DNA of 64,000 bases from an uncultured Chloroflexia bacterium (GTDB lineage: Bacteria > Chloroflexota > Dehalococcoidia > UBA2979): the NCBI GenBank assembly GCA_963728205.1, contig CAVSIV010000001.1, positions 800,001 to 864,000 of the forward strand, written 5' to 3'. How positions within the stretch are numbered: position 1 is the stretch's first letter; every line of letters begins with the position of its first letter. This document shows, one piece after another, positions 1 to 11,560 of the stretch. The notes under the pieces were generated by a model that saw only the letters and a program-made list of their open reading frames with translations, was not told the DNA's origin and did not search any database. Made by a program: the position numbers and the translations under genes.

Positions 1-412
1 GATGTACACGCTCGGGCACTCGTTCATGCCGCCGTCGATCCACGCGGGCGGGCTGCGCTACCACGGCATGGCGCCGCTCATGAGCCAGCTGCACCAGGAG
101 GGGTTCGTCGACGCGGTCGCGCACCCGCAGCTGAAGGTGTTCGACGCGGCGGTTCAGTTCGCGCGCGCCGAGGGCATCATCCCGGCGCCCGAGTCGGCGC
201 ACGCGATCCGCTCGGCGATCGACGAGGCGCTGGCGGCGCGCGAGGCCGGCGAGGCGCGCGTGATCCTGTTCAACCTCTCCGGTCACGGCATGCTCGACCT
301 CGGCGCGTACGAGCAGTACTTCAACGGCGAGCTCGAGGACTACGAGTACCCCGCGGACCGCATCGCGGAGGCGCTCAAGGGCATCCCGCAGATCGCCGGC
401 GCGAACGCCTAG
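1..412 (+). CDS. trpB: TrpB-like PLP enzyme (tryptophan synthase beta chain, TrpB2 type), 5' end outside window
   Basis: Motifs [27 protein letters not shown] and FNLSGHG are typical of the TrpB2 C-terminus. Confidence 0.9.
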   Translation, partial: MYTLGHSFMPPSIHAGGLRYHGMAPLMSQLHQEGFVDAVAHPQLKVFDAAVQFARAEGIIPAPESAHAIRSAIDEALAAREAGEARVILFNLSGHGMLDLGAYEQYFNGELEDYEYPADRIAEALKGIPQIAGANA

Positions 413-870
413 CGGATCGCGTCCCGGTAGGCGAGTCCCGTTGGGGTGAACGTGCCGGCGCGGATGGCGTCGACGGCCGCGGCGTTGGTCGTGGCCGACA
501 GCTTCGCGTAGGGCAGCTCGCTCGTGGTCGGGCCATAGGCGACCGTCGCCCAAAAGTACGTCATCCAGAACGGCGACGCGTACAGGACGCCGTTCGCGCG
601 TGCGTAGCGGGCCGTCAGCGCGAAGAACCGCGCGTCGAACGGCTCCCAGAACGAGAATGCGTCGCGCGCGAACAGTTCCGCGGCCTGCCCAGAGACGACG
701 CGCTGCTCGACGGCGAAGGTCGTGCCGTGCGTGCGCACCGCTGCGCGACGGCTTCGTAGAACCCGAGAGAGTCGGCGCTCCGCGGCCAGTTCGGGGCGAG
801 CCGGGGGAAACTGATCGTGACGGTGGCGCCGCGAATGCCGGGCTGTGCGAAGCGGTCGAGATCGGGTCGA
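409..870 (-). pseudogene. Degenerate remnant of a glycoside-hydrolase-like/TIM-barrel hypothetical protein
   Basis: Protein-like segments in two frames (LDRFAQPGIRGATVTISFP..SLGFYEAVAQ and ELFARDAFSFWEPFDARFF..YASPFW..YF); no credible start codon. Confidence 0.45.
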
Positions 871-937
871 CGCGTCGAGCGTGACCGGGTCGAGGAGCGC
901 CGGGCTCGCCGGTCCCCGCCTCGCCGGCGAGCGACGA

Positions 938-975
938 TTGACATGTATCGCTCTATCGGCATATAAACAGATATG
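938..975 (+). promoter_or_regulatory. Sigma70-type promoter (TTGACA-N18-TATAAA), probably leaderless, overlapping the inverted repeat CATAT-N6-ATATG (candidate ArsR operator)
   Basis: TTGACA at 938-943, TATAAA at 962-967, ATG at 973; AT-rich patch in high-GC DNA. Confidence 0.6.
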
Positions 976-1314
976 CCTCCAACGCACCCCGTCCTCGTTC
1001 CCGACAGCCTGCTCGACCGCGTCGCTCAGCGCTTCCGCGTGCTCGGCGACGCCAGCCGGCTCGCGATCCTGCGGCTGCTCGTCGATCGCGGCGAGCTCAC
1101 CGTCGGCACGATCGTCGACTCGCTGCACATGAGCCAGGCGAACGTCAGCAAGCACCTGCGGCTGCTGCTCGACGCGGGCATCGTGGAGCGCCGCGCCGAG
1201 GGCACGAGCCGCTACTTCCGCGTCGTCGACGACAGCGTCGAGCAGGTCTGCTCGCTCGTCTGCGACCGCATCGCATCCCAGGTCCAGGCACAGGCGCTCG
1301 CCCTGAGGCGCTGA
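973..1314 (+). CDS. ArsR/SmtB family transcriptional regulator
   Basis: FRVLGDASRLAIL...SQANVSKHLRLL..AGIV winged-HTH signature; C-terminal CSLVC. Confidence 0.92.
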   Translation: MPPTHPVLVPDSLLDRVAQRFRVLGDASRLAILRLLVDRGELTVGTIVDSLHMSQANVSKHLRLLLDAGIVERRAEGTSRYFRVVDDSVEQVCSLVCDRIASQVQAQALALRR

Positions 1315-1416
1315 ACCTCGCCGCGGAAGCCGCGGCCTGCCCGGCGGCGCCGTTGCGCGTCAGATCATCGTTTCATCGGCAAGCAGTTGTTCATCTAGCG
1401 GAGGAGACCCCGGAAG

Positions 1417-1740
1417 ATGCCCCTGACCCACCAGTCGATCGAGGTGACCCCGCAGGACGCGTTCGCGCTCGCCGAGGCCGGCGAAGGCGTCGTGGTCGAC
1501 GTCCGCGAGCCCTGGGAGTGGGCGACCGGCCACGCCGCCGGCGCCGTCCACATCGCGCTCTACGGCCTGCCGCAGCGCCACCGCGAGCTGCCGAAGGAGC
1601 GCACGATCCTCTGCATCTGCGCGAGCGGGAACCGCAGCCTCGCCGCCGCGGACTACCTGCGGCAGCTCGGCTTCGACGCGCGCTCGGTCTCCGGCGGCAC
1701 GACGCTCTGGTCGCTGCACCGCCTGCCGATGGAGGCGTAG
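1417..1740 (+). CDS. Single-domain rhodanese (sulfurtransferase)
   Basis: DVREPWEW..GH...A.HI, active-site CASGNRS; GGAG RBS. Confidence 0.92.
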   Translation: MPLTHQSIEVTPQDAFALAEAGEGVVVDVREPWEWATGHAAGAVHIALYGLPQRHRELPKERTILCICASGNRSLAAADYLRQLGFDARSVSGGTTLWSLHRLPMEA

Positions 1741-1742
1741 CG

Positions 1743-2480
1743 ATGCTGCTCACGGTCACCGCCGGCCTCGCCACCGGGCTCGCGCTCGGCGCGGTCGGCG
1801 GCGGCGGGTCGATCCTGCTCGTGCCGCTGCTCGTGCTCGTGTTCGGGCGCGACGCGCACGCCGCGTCCGGCACGGCGCTGGCCGTGGTCGGCGCGACCGC
1901 GCTGCTCGGCGCCGCGCTCCACGCGCGGGCGGGGCACGTGCGGATACGCGAGGCGGCGCTGTTCGCGGTGCCGGGCATCGCGGCTGCGGCCGTCGCCGCG
2001 CCGGTGAACCAGCGCATTCCCGGCGAGGCGCTGCTCGGCGCGATTGCGGTGCTGATGCTCGTGGTCGCGTGGCGCATGTGGCGCCCGTCGGCGCCCGCGG
2101 CCGGGCGCCGGCCGGCGCCGGTGGTGATTGCCGCCGGCGCGGCGTCGGGCGCGCTGACCGGCGTGCTCGGCGTCGGCGGCGGGTTCGTGATCGTGCCGGC
2201 GCTGGTGCTGGCGCTCGGCATGCCGATGGCCGACGCCGTCGGCACGTCGCTCGCGGTGATCGCCGCGAACGCGGCGGCCGCGCTCGGCGGGTACTGGTTG
2301 AGCGGCGACGTCGAGGTTGCGCTCGCGGCGGTGCTCGCCGCCGGCGCCGGCCTCGGCGTGCTGTCCGGCTCCGCCGTCGCGCGCCGCGCGGGCTCCGTGC
2401 GCCTGCAGCGCGCGTTCGCGGTGATGCTGGTGCTCGTTGCCGTCTACACGGGGGTGCGCGAGGCCGTGCTCGTCGCCTGA
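1743..2480 (+). CDS. Sulfite exporter TauE/SafE family membrane protein
   Basis: GGGGSILLVP and GVGGGFVIVP repeats, A.GTSL motif; ATG 2 nt after the rhodanese stop. Confidence 0.9.
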   Translation: MLLTVTAGLATGLALGAVGGGGSILLVPLLVLVFGRDAHAASGTALAVVGATALLGAALHARAGHVRIREAALFAVPGIAAAAVAAPVNQRIPGEALLGAIAVLMLVVAWRMWRPSAPAAGRRPAPVVIAAGAASGALTGVLGVGGGFVIVPALVLALGMPMADAVGTSLAVIAANAAAALGGYWLSGDVEVALAAVLAAGAGLGVLSGSAVARRAGSVRLQRAFAVMLVLVAVYTGVREAVLVA

Positions 2481-2527
2481 CGGCGGCGGACCCGGCGCTC
2501 GACGCCCCCCACTGGAGGAGGACTTCG

Positions 2528-3922
2528 ATGGAGATCGTGCAGTTCGTGGCGGACGCGCTCGGCGACGCGTCGTACCTGGTGGTCGGCGGCGGCGAGGCCG
2601 TCGTGATCGACCCCCAGCGCGACGTGCGCCCGTACGTCGCGGCAGCCGAAGCGCGCGGCGTGCCGATCACGCGCGTCTTCGAGACGCACGTCCACAACGA
2701 CTACATCTCCGGCGGCCCCGAGCTCGCCGCGCGCGGCGCCGAGATCGTCGCGCCCGCCGAGGCCGGGCTGCAGTTCGCACACCGGCCCGTGGCCGACGGC
2801 GAGGAGATCGCGGTCGGCGCCGCGCGCATCCGCGCGGTGCGGGCGCCCGGGCACACGCACCACCACACCGCCTACCTCGCGATCGACGAGCATGGCACGG
2901 TCGCGGCGGCGTTCACCGGCGGCTCGATCATCATCGGCGGCGCCGGCCGCACGGACCTGCTCGGGCCCGACGAGACCGAGACGCTGACGCGCCTGCAATG
3001 GGAGAGCGCGCAGCGGCTGGCGACGCTCGTGCCGGGCGAGGCGGAGTTGCTGCCAACGCACGGCGCCGGCTCGTTCTGCTCGTCGCAGCAGTGCGGCGGC
3101 GAGCGCCGCGCGCCGCTGGCGGTGGAGCGCCCGCGCAACATCGTGCTCGCGAGCCCGGACTTCGCGACGTTCCGCGCGCTGCATCTCGCGAACCCGGCGC
3201 CGATCCCCGCGTACTACCGCCACATGGCGCCCATCAACCGCGAGGGGCCACGCATCCTCGGCGCGCCGCCGCGGCCGGAGGCGCTGACGCCGACGTCGAC
3301 GATCGAGGCGCTGCAGTCCGGCACGCCGCTCGTCGACGTGCGCAGCCGGCTGGACTTCGCGCGGGCGCACGTGCCCGGCGCGATCTCGATCGAGGAGGGC
3401 GAGTCGATGCTCGCGTTCCTCGGCTGGACGCTCCCGTTCGACAGCGCGCTGGTCCTGGTCACCGACGGGCCCGCGCAGGCGGACCGCGTGACGACGGACC
3501 TCGCGCGCATCGGCTACGAGGAGGTGCGCGGCTACCTGCCGTTCGCGGCGTGGCGCGCCGCGGGCGCACCCGTCGGCCGGCTCGACACCGTCGACCGCGT
3601 GCAGGCGGCGCGGCTGCTCGCCGCGGGGACGCTGCCGGTGTACGACGTGCGCTTCGCGAGCGACCTGCGCGCGCTGCCGCTCGCGGGCGCCGCGCACATG
3701 CCGTTCGACCGCGTAGCCGAGTGGGTCCCGGAGATCGACGACCAGGAGATGCTCCTGGTCTGCGGCGGCGGCAGCCGCGCCGCGACCGCGGCGAGCCTCC
3801 TCAAGAACGCCGGCCGGCGGCCGCGGGCGCTCGTCGACGGTGGAGTGGCGGACGTGCTCGAAGTGCTCGACCGCGGCCGCGGGCACGCTGCCGACCTGGA
3901 GGACGACGCCGTCGCGGTGTGA
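2528..3922 (+). CDS. MBL-fold metallo-hydrolase with tandem rhodanese domains (persulfide dioxygenase/CstB-like)
   Basis: IDPQRD, ETHVHNDY, PGHT, GRTDL, PTHGAGSFC motifs, then two rhodanese domains (last has CGGGSRA); GGAGGAGG RBS. Confidence 0.88.
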   Translation: MEIVQFVADALGDASYLVVGGGEAVVIDPQRDVRPYVAAAEARGVPITRVFETHVHNDYISGGPELAARGAEIVAPAEAGLQFAHRPVADGEEIAVGAARIRAVRAPGHTHHHTAYLAIDEHGTVAAAFTGGSIIIGGAGRTDLLGPDETETLTRLQWESAQRLATLVPGEAELLPTHGAGSFCSSQQCGGERRAPLAVERPRNIVLASPDFATFRALHLANPAPIPAYYRHMAPINREGPRILGAPPRPEALTPTSTIEALQSGTPLVDVRSRLDFARAHVPGAISIEEGESMLAFLGWTLPFDSALVLVTDGPAQADRVTTDLARIGYEEVRGYLPFAAWRAAGAPVGRLDTVDRVQAARLLAAGTLPVYDVRFASDLRALPLAGAAHMPFDRVAEWVPEIDDQEMLLVCGGGSRAATAASLLKNAGRRPRALVDGGVADVLEVLDRGRGHAADLEDDAVAV

Positions 3923-3952
3923 CGCGGCGCGCCGAGCGCGCACGGGCGGACG

Positions 3953-4873
3953 CTACCGGTAGGCCTGCGAGAAGTACGTCCAGGTCAGCCACGAGATCGC
4001 CTGCCCGAGCGGGATGTCCGCGTACTGCTCGGGCACCCACTGCGAGAAGAACGAGATCGCGTACGCGTAGGTCTGTCCGCCGCGCTCGAAGCGCACGATG
4101 CCGATGTCGTTGTCGATCCACTGGCCGTTCGTGGTCGGGGCGAAGCCGTTCTTGTGGCTGACGAGCGCGCCGGCGTCGGGGCCGACGGCGGCGAGGTAGT
4201 TGAGGCCGGGCTTCACCTTCGTCATCGCCGTGAGCAGGTAGTCGCGCCACTGCCGCGTGAGCCCGGCGCCGGCGTAGAACTGCGCCAGAGCGGAGTTCGC
4301 GTCGAGTGCGGTCATCCAGTTGTTCCAGTCGTCCGGGTTCGGGTGCAGCGACTCGGCGCCGTACGCCGGCGGGTGGTCGAGCACCGTGTGGTCGAGCGCC
4401 ATGGCGCGCAGCCGGTCGGTGACGCGCTGCGCGCCGGCCAGGACGTCGCCGTCGCCGGCGATGCCGTAGAGCGTGTGCGCCGTGACCGCGTTGCTGCTGT
4501 AGAGCGTCCGCGCGATCAGGTCGTCCACGGTCGACTGCGGATAGCGCCCGTTCTGCACGTCCGCCACGACCTGCAGGAGCAGGACGAAGTTGATCGAGCA
4601 TGCGGCGAGCTGGGGCTGCTCGCCGTTGACCGAGATCGTCTCGCCGGACTGGAGGTCGGTGACGGCGGCCGCGTACTCGCCGGGCACCGCGTAATCGGCG
4701 ATCTGCGCCGCGATCTCGCGCTGGAGGTCCTGGAGGGTCGCGGGCGGCGCGGACGCGCCGGGCTCGGCGTATGCGCGCGCGCCCGGCGCTGCGAGAGCGA
4801 GCAGCGCGGCGACGCCGAGGGCGGCGAGCCACACGGCGAGTCCCCGGAACGACCTGATCACGGCGGCCTCCAT
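3953..4873 (-). CDS. Secreted class A beta-lactamase-fold ('serine hydrolase') protein with atypical catalytic motifs
   Basis: Signal peptide; AVTDLQSGETISVNGE, SSN at the SDN position, HKNG at the KTG position, NDIGIV; ACSIN where SxxK is expected. Confidence 0.75.
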   Translation of the reverse strand: MEAAVIRSFRGLAVWLAALGVAALLALAAPGARAYAEPGASAPPATLQDLQREIAAQIADYAVPGEYAAAVTDLQSGETISVNGEQPQLAACSINFVLLLQVVADVQNGRYPQSTVDDLIARTLYSSNAVTAHTLYGIAGDGDVLAGAQRVTDRLRAMALDHTVLDHPPAYGAESLHPNPDDWNNWMTALDANSALAQFYAGAGLTRQWRDYLLTAMTKVKPGLNYLAAVGPDAGALVSHKNGFAPTTNGQWIDNDIGIVRFERGGQTYAYAISFFSQWVPEQYADIPLGQAISWLTWTYFSQAYR

Positions 4874-4985
4874 CGACGCGGGCCCCCCCGGGGGCTCCGG
4901 TTCGAACGTACGGCGGCGGACCCAGCGCTCACAGGGACGATCGGCCCGCCGCGCGGGTGTCCAGCGGTGCGATTCGACAGCCAGG

Positions 4986-5600
4986 TCAGGCCGGGTGGTC
5001 GCGGATCCACCGGGTGCGCGCGGTCTCCTCGCGCTCCGCCTCGTCGAGGCGGCGCCGCAGGCCGCGCTGCTCCGCCTCGAGCAGCGGGATCCAGCGCCGC
5101 TCGACGATGCGCAGGCGATGCGACGTCGTGGCGATCTCGGCGTCGATGCGCGCGGCCGCGAGGTTCAGCGCGCCGCAGCGCGCGGCGGCCACGAGGGCGT
5201 CGCGGTAGGCGTCCGCCGCCGCGCCGACGGCGGCGCTGCCGCCGAGCGTCGCGTGCGGCGACGCGGGCGGCGGGGTGCAGGCGGCGTGCACGGGGTAGGC
5301 GACGCCCATCGTCTCGCGCCACGTATAGGCGACCTCCGCGACGCCCGCCGCGTGCTGCGCGGCCGCCGCGAGCGCGCCCTCGCCGGCGAGCAGCTGCGCG
5401 CGCACGAGCCAGCGGTCGGCGGTCGCGTACGCGGCCGCCCACGCCGCCTGCGCGCGCTCGGCCTCCGCCCCCAGGCGGTCGCGCTCGACGTGCAGCGCCG
5501 CGAGCTTCTGCTCGAGGATCTCGCCCCCGCGGCGCGCGACGGCGAGCCGCTCGCGTAGCCAGAGGCGGCCGCTGCGGCCGGGCGGCACGCGCACGCTCAC
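4986..5600 (-). CDS. V/A-type ATP synthase subunit D
   Basis: RL.VARRG.EILEQK, MGV.YP and RLRIVERRWIP..L..LDEAEREE; last gene of the operon. Confidence 0.88.
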   Translation of the reverse strand: MSVRVPPGRSGRLWLRERLAVARRGGEILEQKLAALHVERDRLGAEAERAQAAWAAAYATADRWLVRAQLLAGEGALAAAAQHAAGVAEVAYTWRETMGVAYPVHAACTPPPASPHATLGGSAAVGAAADAYRDALVAAARCGALNLAAARIDAEIATTSHRLRIVERRWIPLLEAEQRGLRRRLDEAEREETARTRWIRDHPA

Positions 5601-7156
5601 GGCGCGTCACCCGGCGGCGCGGGCAGCGCCGCGTGCGCCTCCGGCCCCGCGCCCGGCCCCGCCTGCGGTGCGGCGGCCGGCGGAGCGGCCGGCTCTTCGG
5701 ACTCGTCGGATGCGCCCGGCGCGATCGGGCGGTAGTGCGCCTCCACGATCTCGCGCGGCACCATCGTCAGCTCGCGCGCCGGCAGCGCGCCCAGCGCGCG
5801 CCACGTGCGGTCGAGCGTGTCGGCCATGGCGCGCGACTCGTCCATGCGCTGCGCCATCACGTCGCGCGTGAAGGCCGCGGCGAACGCGACCGTGAGGCGC
5901 TCGCGCGGCGAGAGCGCCTCCTCGCCGAGCAGTTCCGCGAGCTCGCCGGCCGCGCGCGCCCGCGCGAGCAGCGCCTGCGCCTGGGCCGCCGCCGTGGGGT
6001 GGTCGTCGCGCGTGCGGCCCGCGCCGACGCCGTGGCGCATCAGCCGCGACAGCGACGTCAGCACGTCGACGGGCGGGTAGATACCGCGCATCGCGAAGTC
6101 ACGCGAGAGCACCACCTGCCCCTCGGTGATGTAGCCGGTGAGGTCCGGCACCGGGTGCGTGATGTCGCCGCCGGGCATCGTCAGCACCGGCATCAGCGTG
6201 AGCGAGCCCGGCCGGCCGCGCACGCGGCCGCAGCGCTCGTAGAGCGAGGCGAGGTCGCTGTAGAGATAGCCCGGGTAGCCGCGCCGCGTCGGCACCTCGC
6301 CGCGGGACGACGCGACCTCGCGCACCGCTTCGCAGTAGTTCGTCATGTCGGCCATCAGGACCAGCACGTGCTGGCCGCGGTCGAACGCGAGGTGCTCGGC
6401 GACGGTGAGCGCGAGGCGCGGGGTGAGGATGCGCTCGACCGCCGGGTCGTCGGCGGTGTTGAGGAAGAGCACGAGGTCGCCGGCCTCGGCGCGCTCCTGC
6501 AGGCCGTCGCGCACGAGCGCGGCTTCGGCGTGCGTCACGCCCATCGCCGCGAAGACGACGCGGAACGCCTCGTCGCCGCGGTCGCCGCTGGCGCCCTCGC
6601 CGGCCGTGCGCTCGACGTGCGCGGATGCGGCGATCTGCACGGCGAGCTCGAGGTGCGGCAGGCCGCCGATCGAGAAGATCGGCAGCTTCTGGCCGCGCAC
6701 GAGCGTCATCAGCAGGTCGATCACCGAGACGCCGGTGACGATCGGGTCCGCGGGCGGCTCGCGGCGCGCGGGGTTGAGCGCGAAGCCGGTGACCGGCTCG
6801 CGCCGCGTGCCGAGCACCGGCGGCCCCCCGTCGAGCGGCTCGCCGCGGCCGTTGCACACGCGGCCCAGCCAGTCTTCGGTGAGCGGGATGCTCATCGGCC
6901 GCCCGGTGAACGCCGCGCGCACGGCGTGCGTGCCGAGCCCGCCCGTGCCCTCGAAGACCTGCACGACGGCGAGGTCGTCGTGCACGTCGATCACCACGCC
7001 ATGCCGCCGCTCGCCGGCGTCGGTCACGACGTCGACGTACTCGTCCCAGCCCACCCCGGCGACGCCGCGCACGACCATCAGCGGGCCGTCGAGCGACTCG
7101 ACGTCGCGGTACTCGACGGGCGCGCGCCACGCGGGCACGGCGGGGTCGAGCGTCAT
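5597..7156 (-). CDS. V/A-type ATP synthase subunit B
   Basis: TLVRGQKLPIFS, DMTNYCEA.RE, RRGYPGYLYSDLASLYER, THPVPDLTGYITEGQ. Confidence 0.96.
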   Translation of the reverse strand: MTLDPAVPAWRAPVEYRDVESLDGPLMVVRGVAGVGWDEYVDVVTDAGERRHGVVIDVHDDLAVVQVFEGTGGLGTHAVRAAFTGRPMSIPLTEDWLGRVCNGRGEPLDGGPPVLGTRREPVTGFALNPARREPPADPIVTGVSVIDLLMTLVRGQKLPIFSIGGLPHLELAVQIAASAHVERTAGEGASGDRGDEAFRVVFAAMGVTHAEAALVRDGLQERAEAGDLVLFLNTADDPAVERILTPRLALTVAEHLAFDRGQHVLVLMADMTNYCEAVREVASSRGEVPTRRGYPGYLYSDLASLYERCGRVRGRPGSLTLMPVLTMPGGDITHPVPDLTGYITEGQVVLSRDFAMRGIYPPVDVLTSLSRLMRHGVGAGRTRDDHPTAAAQAQALLARARAAGELAELLGEEALSPRERLTVAFAAAFTRDVMAQRMDESRAMADTLDRTWRALGALPARELTMVPREIVEAHYRPIAPGASDESEEPAAPPAAAPQAGPGAGPEAHAALPAPPGDAP

Positions 7157-8904
7157 GTCCGCCTCTCCTCGGGCGCCTCGATCGCCTGGACGAGCGCGTC
7201 GGCGAGGCGCGTGATGCCGGCGACGTCGTCGGGCGCGAGCGCCTCTCGCGCGCGGAGCAGCGCGGAGTAGTCGAGTGCCTCCACATCCGCTGCGGTCACG
7301 CCGCGGTCGACGGCCGCGCGGGCGGCGTCGTAGACGGCGAGCATCGCCTCCAGCAGCGCGAGCCCGCGCTCCAGCGGCGAGTAGGCGTCGTTCGCGTTGA
7401 GCGCGTTCTGCTGCAGCACGCCCTCGCGCAGCAGGCGCCCGGCGAGCAGCGTCATGCGCTCGCGGTCGCGCAGCGCCGTCGTGCCGACCAGCTGCGCGAT
7501 CGACTCGAGCCGATCGGCGTCGGCGAGCACGGCGAGCGTGCGCGCGCGCAGGTCGAGCCAGCGCGCCTGGCTGGCGTCGGCCTCGGCCTCGCCCGTCGCC
7601 ACGACGTCGACATCGCGCGAGAACGACTCGCTCCAGCTCACCGCGGGGTAGTGGCGCGCCGCGGCGAGCTCGCCGTCCAGCGACCAGAAGCAGCGCACGA
7701 AGCGGCGGGTGTGCGCGGTGACGGGCTCGGTCTGGTCGCCGCCCGGTGGGGAGACCGCGGCCACCACCGTGACCGACGCCTCGGCGCCGCCGAGCGTCGT
7801 CACGCGTCCCGACCGCTCGTAGAACGCCGCGAGCGCGGACGACAGGCTCGCGGGGAAGCCTTCCTCGACGGGCAGCTCGCCGGCGCGCGACGCGAACTCG
7901 CGCAGCGCCTCCGCCCAGCGCGAGGTGGAGTCGGCGATCACGACGGCGTCGTAGCCCTGATCACGGAAGTACTCGCCGACGGTGATCCCGGTGTAGATGC
8001 TCGCCTCGCGCGCCATCACCGGCATGTTCGAGGTGTTCGCGATCACGACCGTGCGCTCCATGAGCGGGCGGTTCGTGCGCGGGTCGATCAGGCCGGGCAG
8101 CTCCGAGAGGACGTCGGCCATCTCGTTGCCGCGCTCGCCGCAGCCGACGTAGACGATGACGTCGGCGTCGGCCCACTTCGCGATTTGCTGCAGGAGCATC
8201 GTCTTGCCGGTACCGAAGCCGCCCGGCACGGCGGCGGTGCTGCCGAGCGCGACGGGGAAGAGCAGGTCGAGCACGCGCTGGCCGGTGCGCAGCGGGGTGT
8301 CGCTCTCCAGCCGCGCCGCCGCCGGCCGCGGCGCGCGCACCGGCCACGGGTTCACGAGCCCCACCGCCGTGCCGCCGACGACCGCGATCTCCGCGTCGCC
8401 GGCATATTCGCCGGCCGGCGCGACGCGGTCGACGCGGCCACGCACGCCCGGCGGCGCGAGGATGCGGTGCTCGACGGCCGCGGTCTCCTGGACGACGCCG
8501 AGCACCGTGCCCGGCTCGACGCCGTCGCCCGCGGCGACGCGTGGCGCGAACGTCCAGCGCGCCGGCGCGGCGTGGTCGCGCTCGGCGCCGGGGTGGAGGC
8601 GCTCGGGCGCGCCGCCGAGCGGGCGCAGGAGGCCGTCGAACACCTGGCCGATCAGGCCGGGGCCGAGGTCGGCGGAGAGCGCGCGGCCGCGGCCGGTCGC
8701 GGGATCGCCGGGGCGGAAGCCGCCCGTGTACTCGTAGACCTGCACCGTGGCGACGTCGCCGCGGATGCGCACGATCTCGCCCAGCTCGTCGCGGGCGCCG
8801 AGCGCGACGAGGTCGAACATGCGCGCGCCGGCGAGGCCGCGCACCTCGACGAGCGGTCCGTTCACGCGAACCACGCTGCCGCGCTGCCCGGCGGCGGCGG
8901 TCAC
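7153..8904 (-). CDS. V/A-type ATP synthase subunit A (catalytic)
   Basis: Walker A PGGFGTGKT, YVGCGERGNEM, ANTSNMPVMAREASIYTG, ADSTSRWAEALRE; GTG overlaps the subunit E stop. Confidence 0.96.
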   Translation of the reverse strand: MTAAAGQRGSVVRVNGPLVEVRGLAGARMFDLVALGARDELGEIVRIRGDVATVQVYEYTGGFRPGDPATGRGRALSADLGPGLIGQVFDGLLRPLGGAPERLHPGAERDHAAPARWTFAPRVAAGDGVEPGTVLGVVQETAAVEHRILAPPGVRGRVDRVAPAGEYAGDAEIAVVGGTAVGLVNPWPVRAPRPAAARLESDTPLRTGQRVLDLLFPVALGSTAAVPGGFGTGKTMLLQQIAKWADADVIVYVGCGERGNEMADVLSELPGLIDPRTNRPLMERTVVIANTSNMPVMAREASIYTGITVGEYFRDQGYDAVVIADSTSRWAEALREFASRAGELPVEEGFPASLSSALAAFYERSGRVTTLGGAEASVTVVAAVSPPGGDQTEPVTAHTRRFVRCFWSLDGELAAARHYPAVSWSESFSRDVDVVATGEAEADASQARWLDLRARTLAVLADADRLESIAQLVGTTALRDRERMTLLAGRLLREGVLQQNALNANDAYSPLERGLALLEAMLAVYDAARAAVDRGVTAADVEALDYSALLRAREALAPDDVAGITRLADALVQAIEAPEERRT

Positions 8905-9419
8905 GACCACAGCTCCGCGACGCGCGCGCCCAGCGCGTCGATGCAGCGGTCGACGACGGCGGGGAGCGAGTAGTCGACGCGGCGGCCGTCGGCCTCCGCG
9001 ACGATGCCGCCGCCCGGCGCGTCGTCGACGCGCGCGTCCGCGCCGAGCTGCTCGGCCGCGGCGCGACGCAGGCGGTCGGACAGTGCGTCCACGGCGGGCG
9101 GGGACGACGGGCCGCCGCCGGCGGGCGCCGCGCCCGGCGCGAGCGCGGCGAGCGCCTGCACGCGCAGCGCGTCGTATGCGGCGCGGCGCGACTCGAGCAC
9201 GCGGCGCTGGGCCTCGCGGCGCGCGCGGGCGCGCAGCCGCGCGCCGGCGTGCTCGGCGACGCGCGTGCCCTCGTCGCGAGCCTCCGCGACCGCGGCGTCG
9301 GCCGCGGCGCGGGCGGCGTCGGTGCGTTCCGCGGCCGCGCGCGCAGCGTCGGCGGAGATGGCGTCGGCGTCGCGTTGCGCCGCGGCGAGGACGGCGGCGC
9401 GGTAGGTGGCGAGTGTCAT
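8901..9419 (-). CDS. V/A-type ATP synthase subunit E-like (peripheral stalk)
   Basis: Ala/Arg coiled coil then GGIVAEADGRRVDYSL, ending in LW; lies between F and A. Confidence 0.75.
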   Translation of the reverse strand: MTLATYRAAVLAAAQRDADAISADAARAAAERTDAARAAADAAVAEARDEGTRVAEHAGARLRARARREAQRRVLESRRAAYDALRVQALAALAPGAAPAGGGPSSPPAVDALSDRLRRAAAEQLGADARVDDAPGGGIVAEADGRRVDYSLPAVVDRCIDALGARVAELWS

Positions 9420-9637
9420 GTCGGCACCTCCACGCAGACGAGCCGCGGCCGCTCGCGGCTGCGGTCGCCGATCGCCGCGGCGGCGGCGGGGGTGAGCAGC
9501 AGCAGCGCGACGTCGTCGGGGAGCGCCTCCCACGCGGCCAGCGCCGCCGCCGCGTCGGCGGCCGGGGCCAGCGCGACGCCCGCGAGCGCGAAGCCCTCGA
9601 TGCGCGCGTGCTCCCCGATGGCGACGGCGCGTCCCAT
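9416..9637 (-). CDS. V/A-type ATP synthase subunit F
   Basis: AVAIGE..RIEGFALAGV signature; ~73 aa. Confidence 0.85.
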   Translation of the reverse strand: MGRAVAIGEHARIEGFALAGVALAPAADAAAALAAWEALPDDVALLLLTPAAAAAIGDRSRERPRLVCVEVPT

Positions 9638-9647
9638 CACATGCCGC

Positions 9648-11546
<1,899 letters not shown>

Positions 11547-11560
<14 letters not shown>

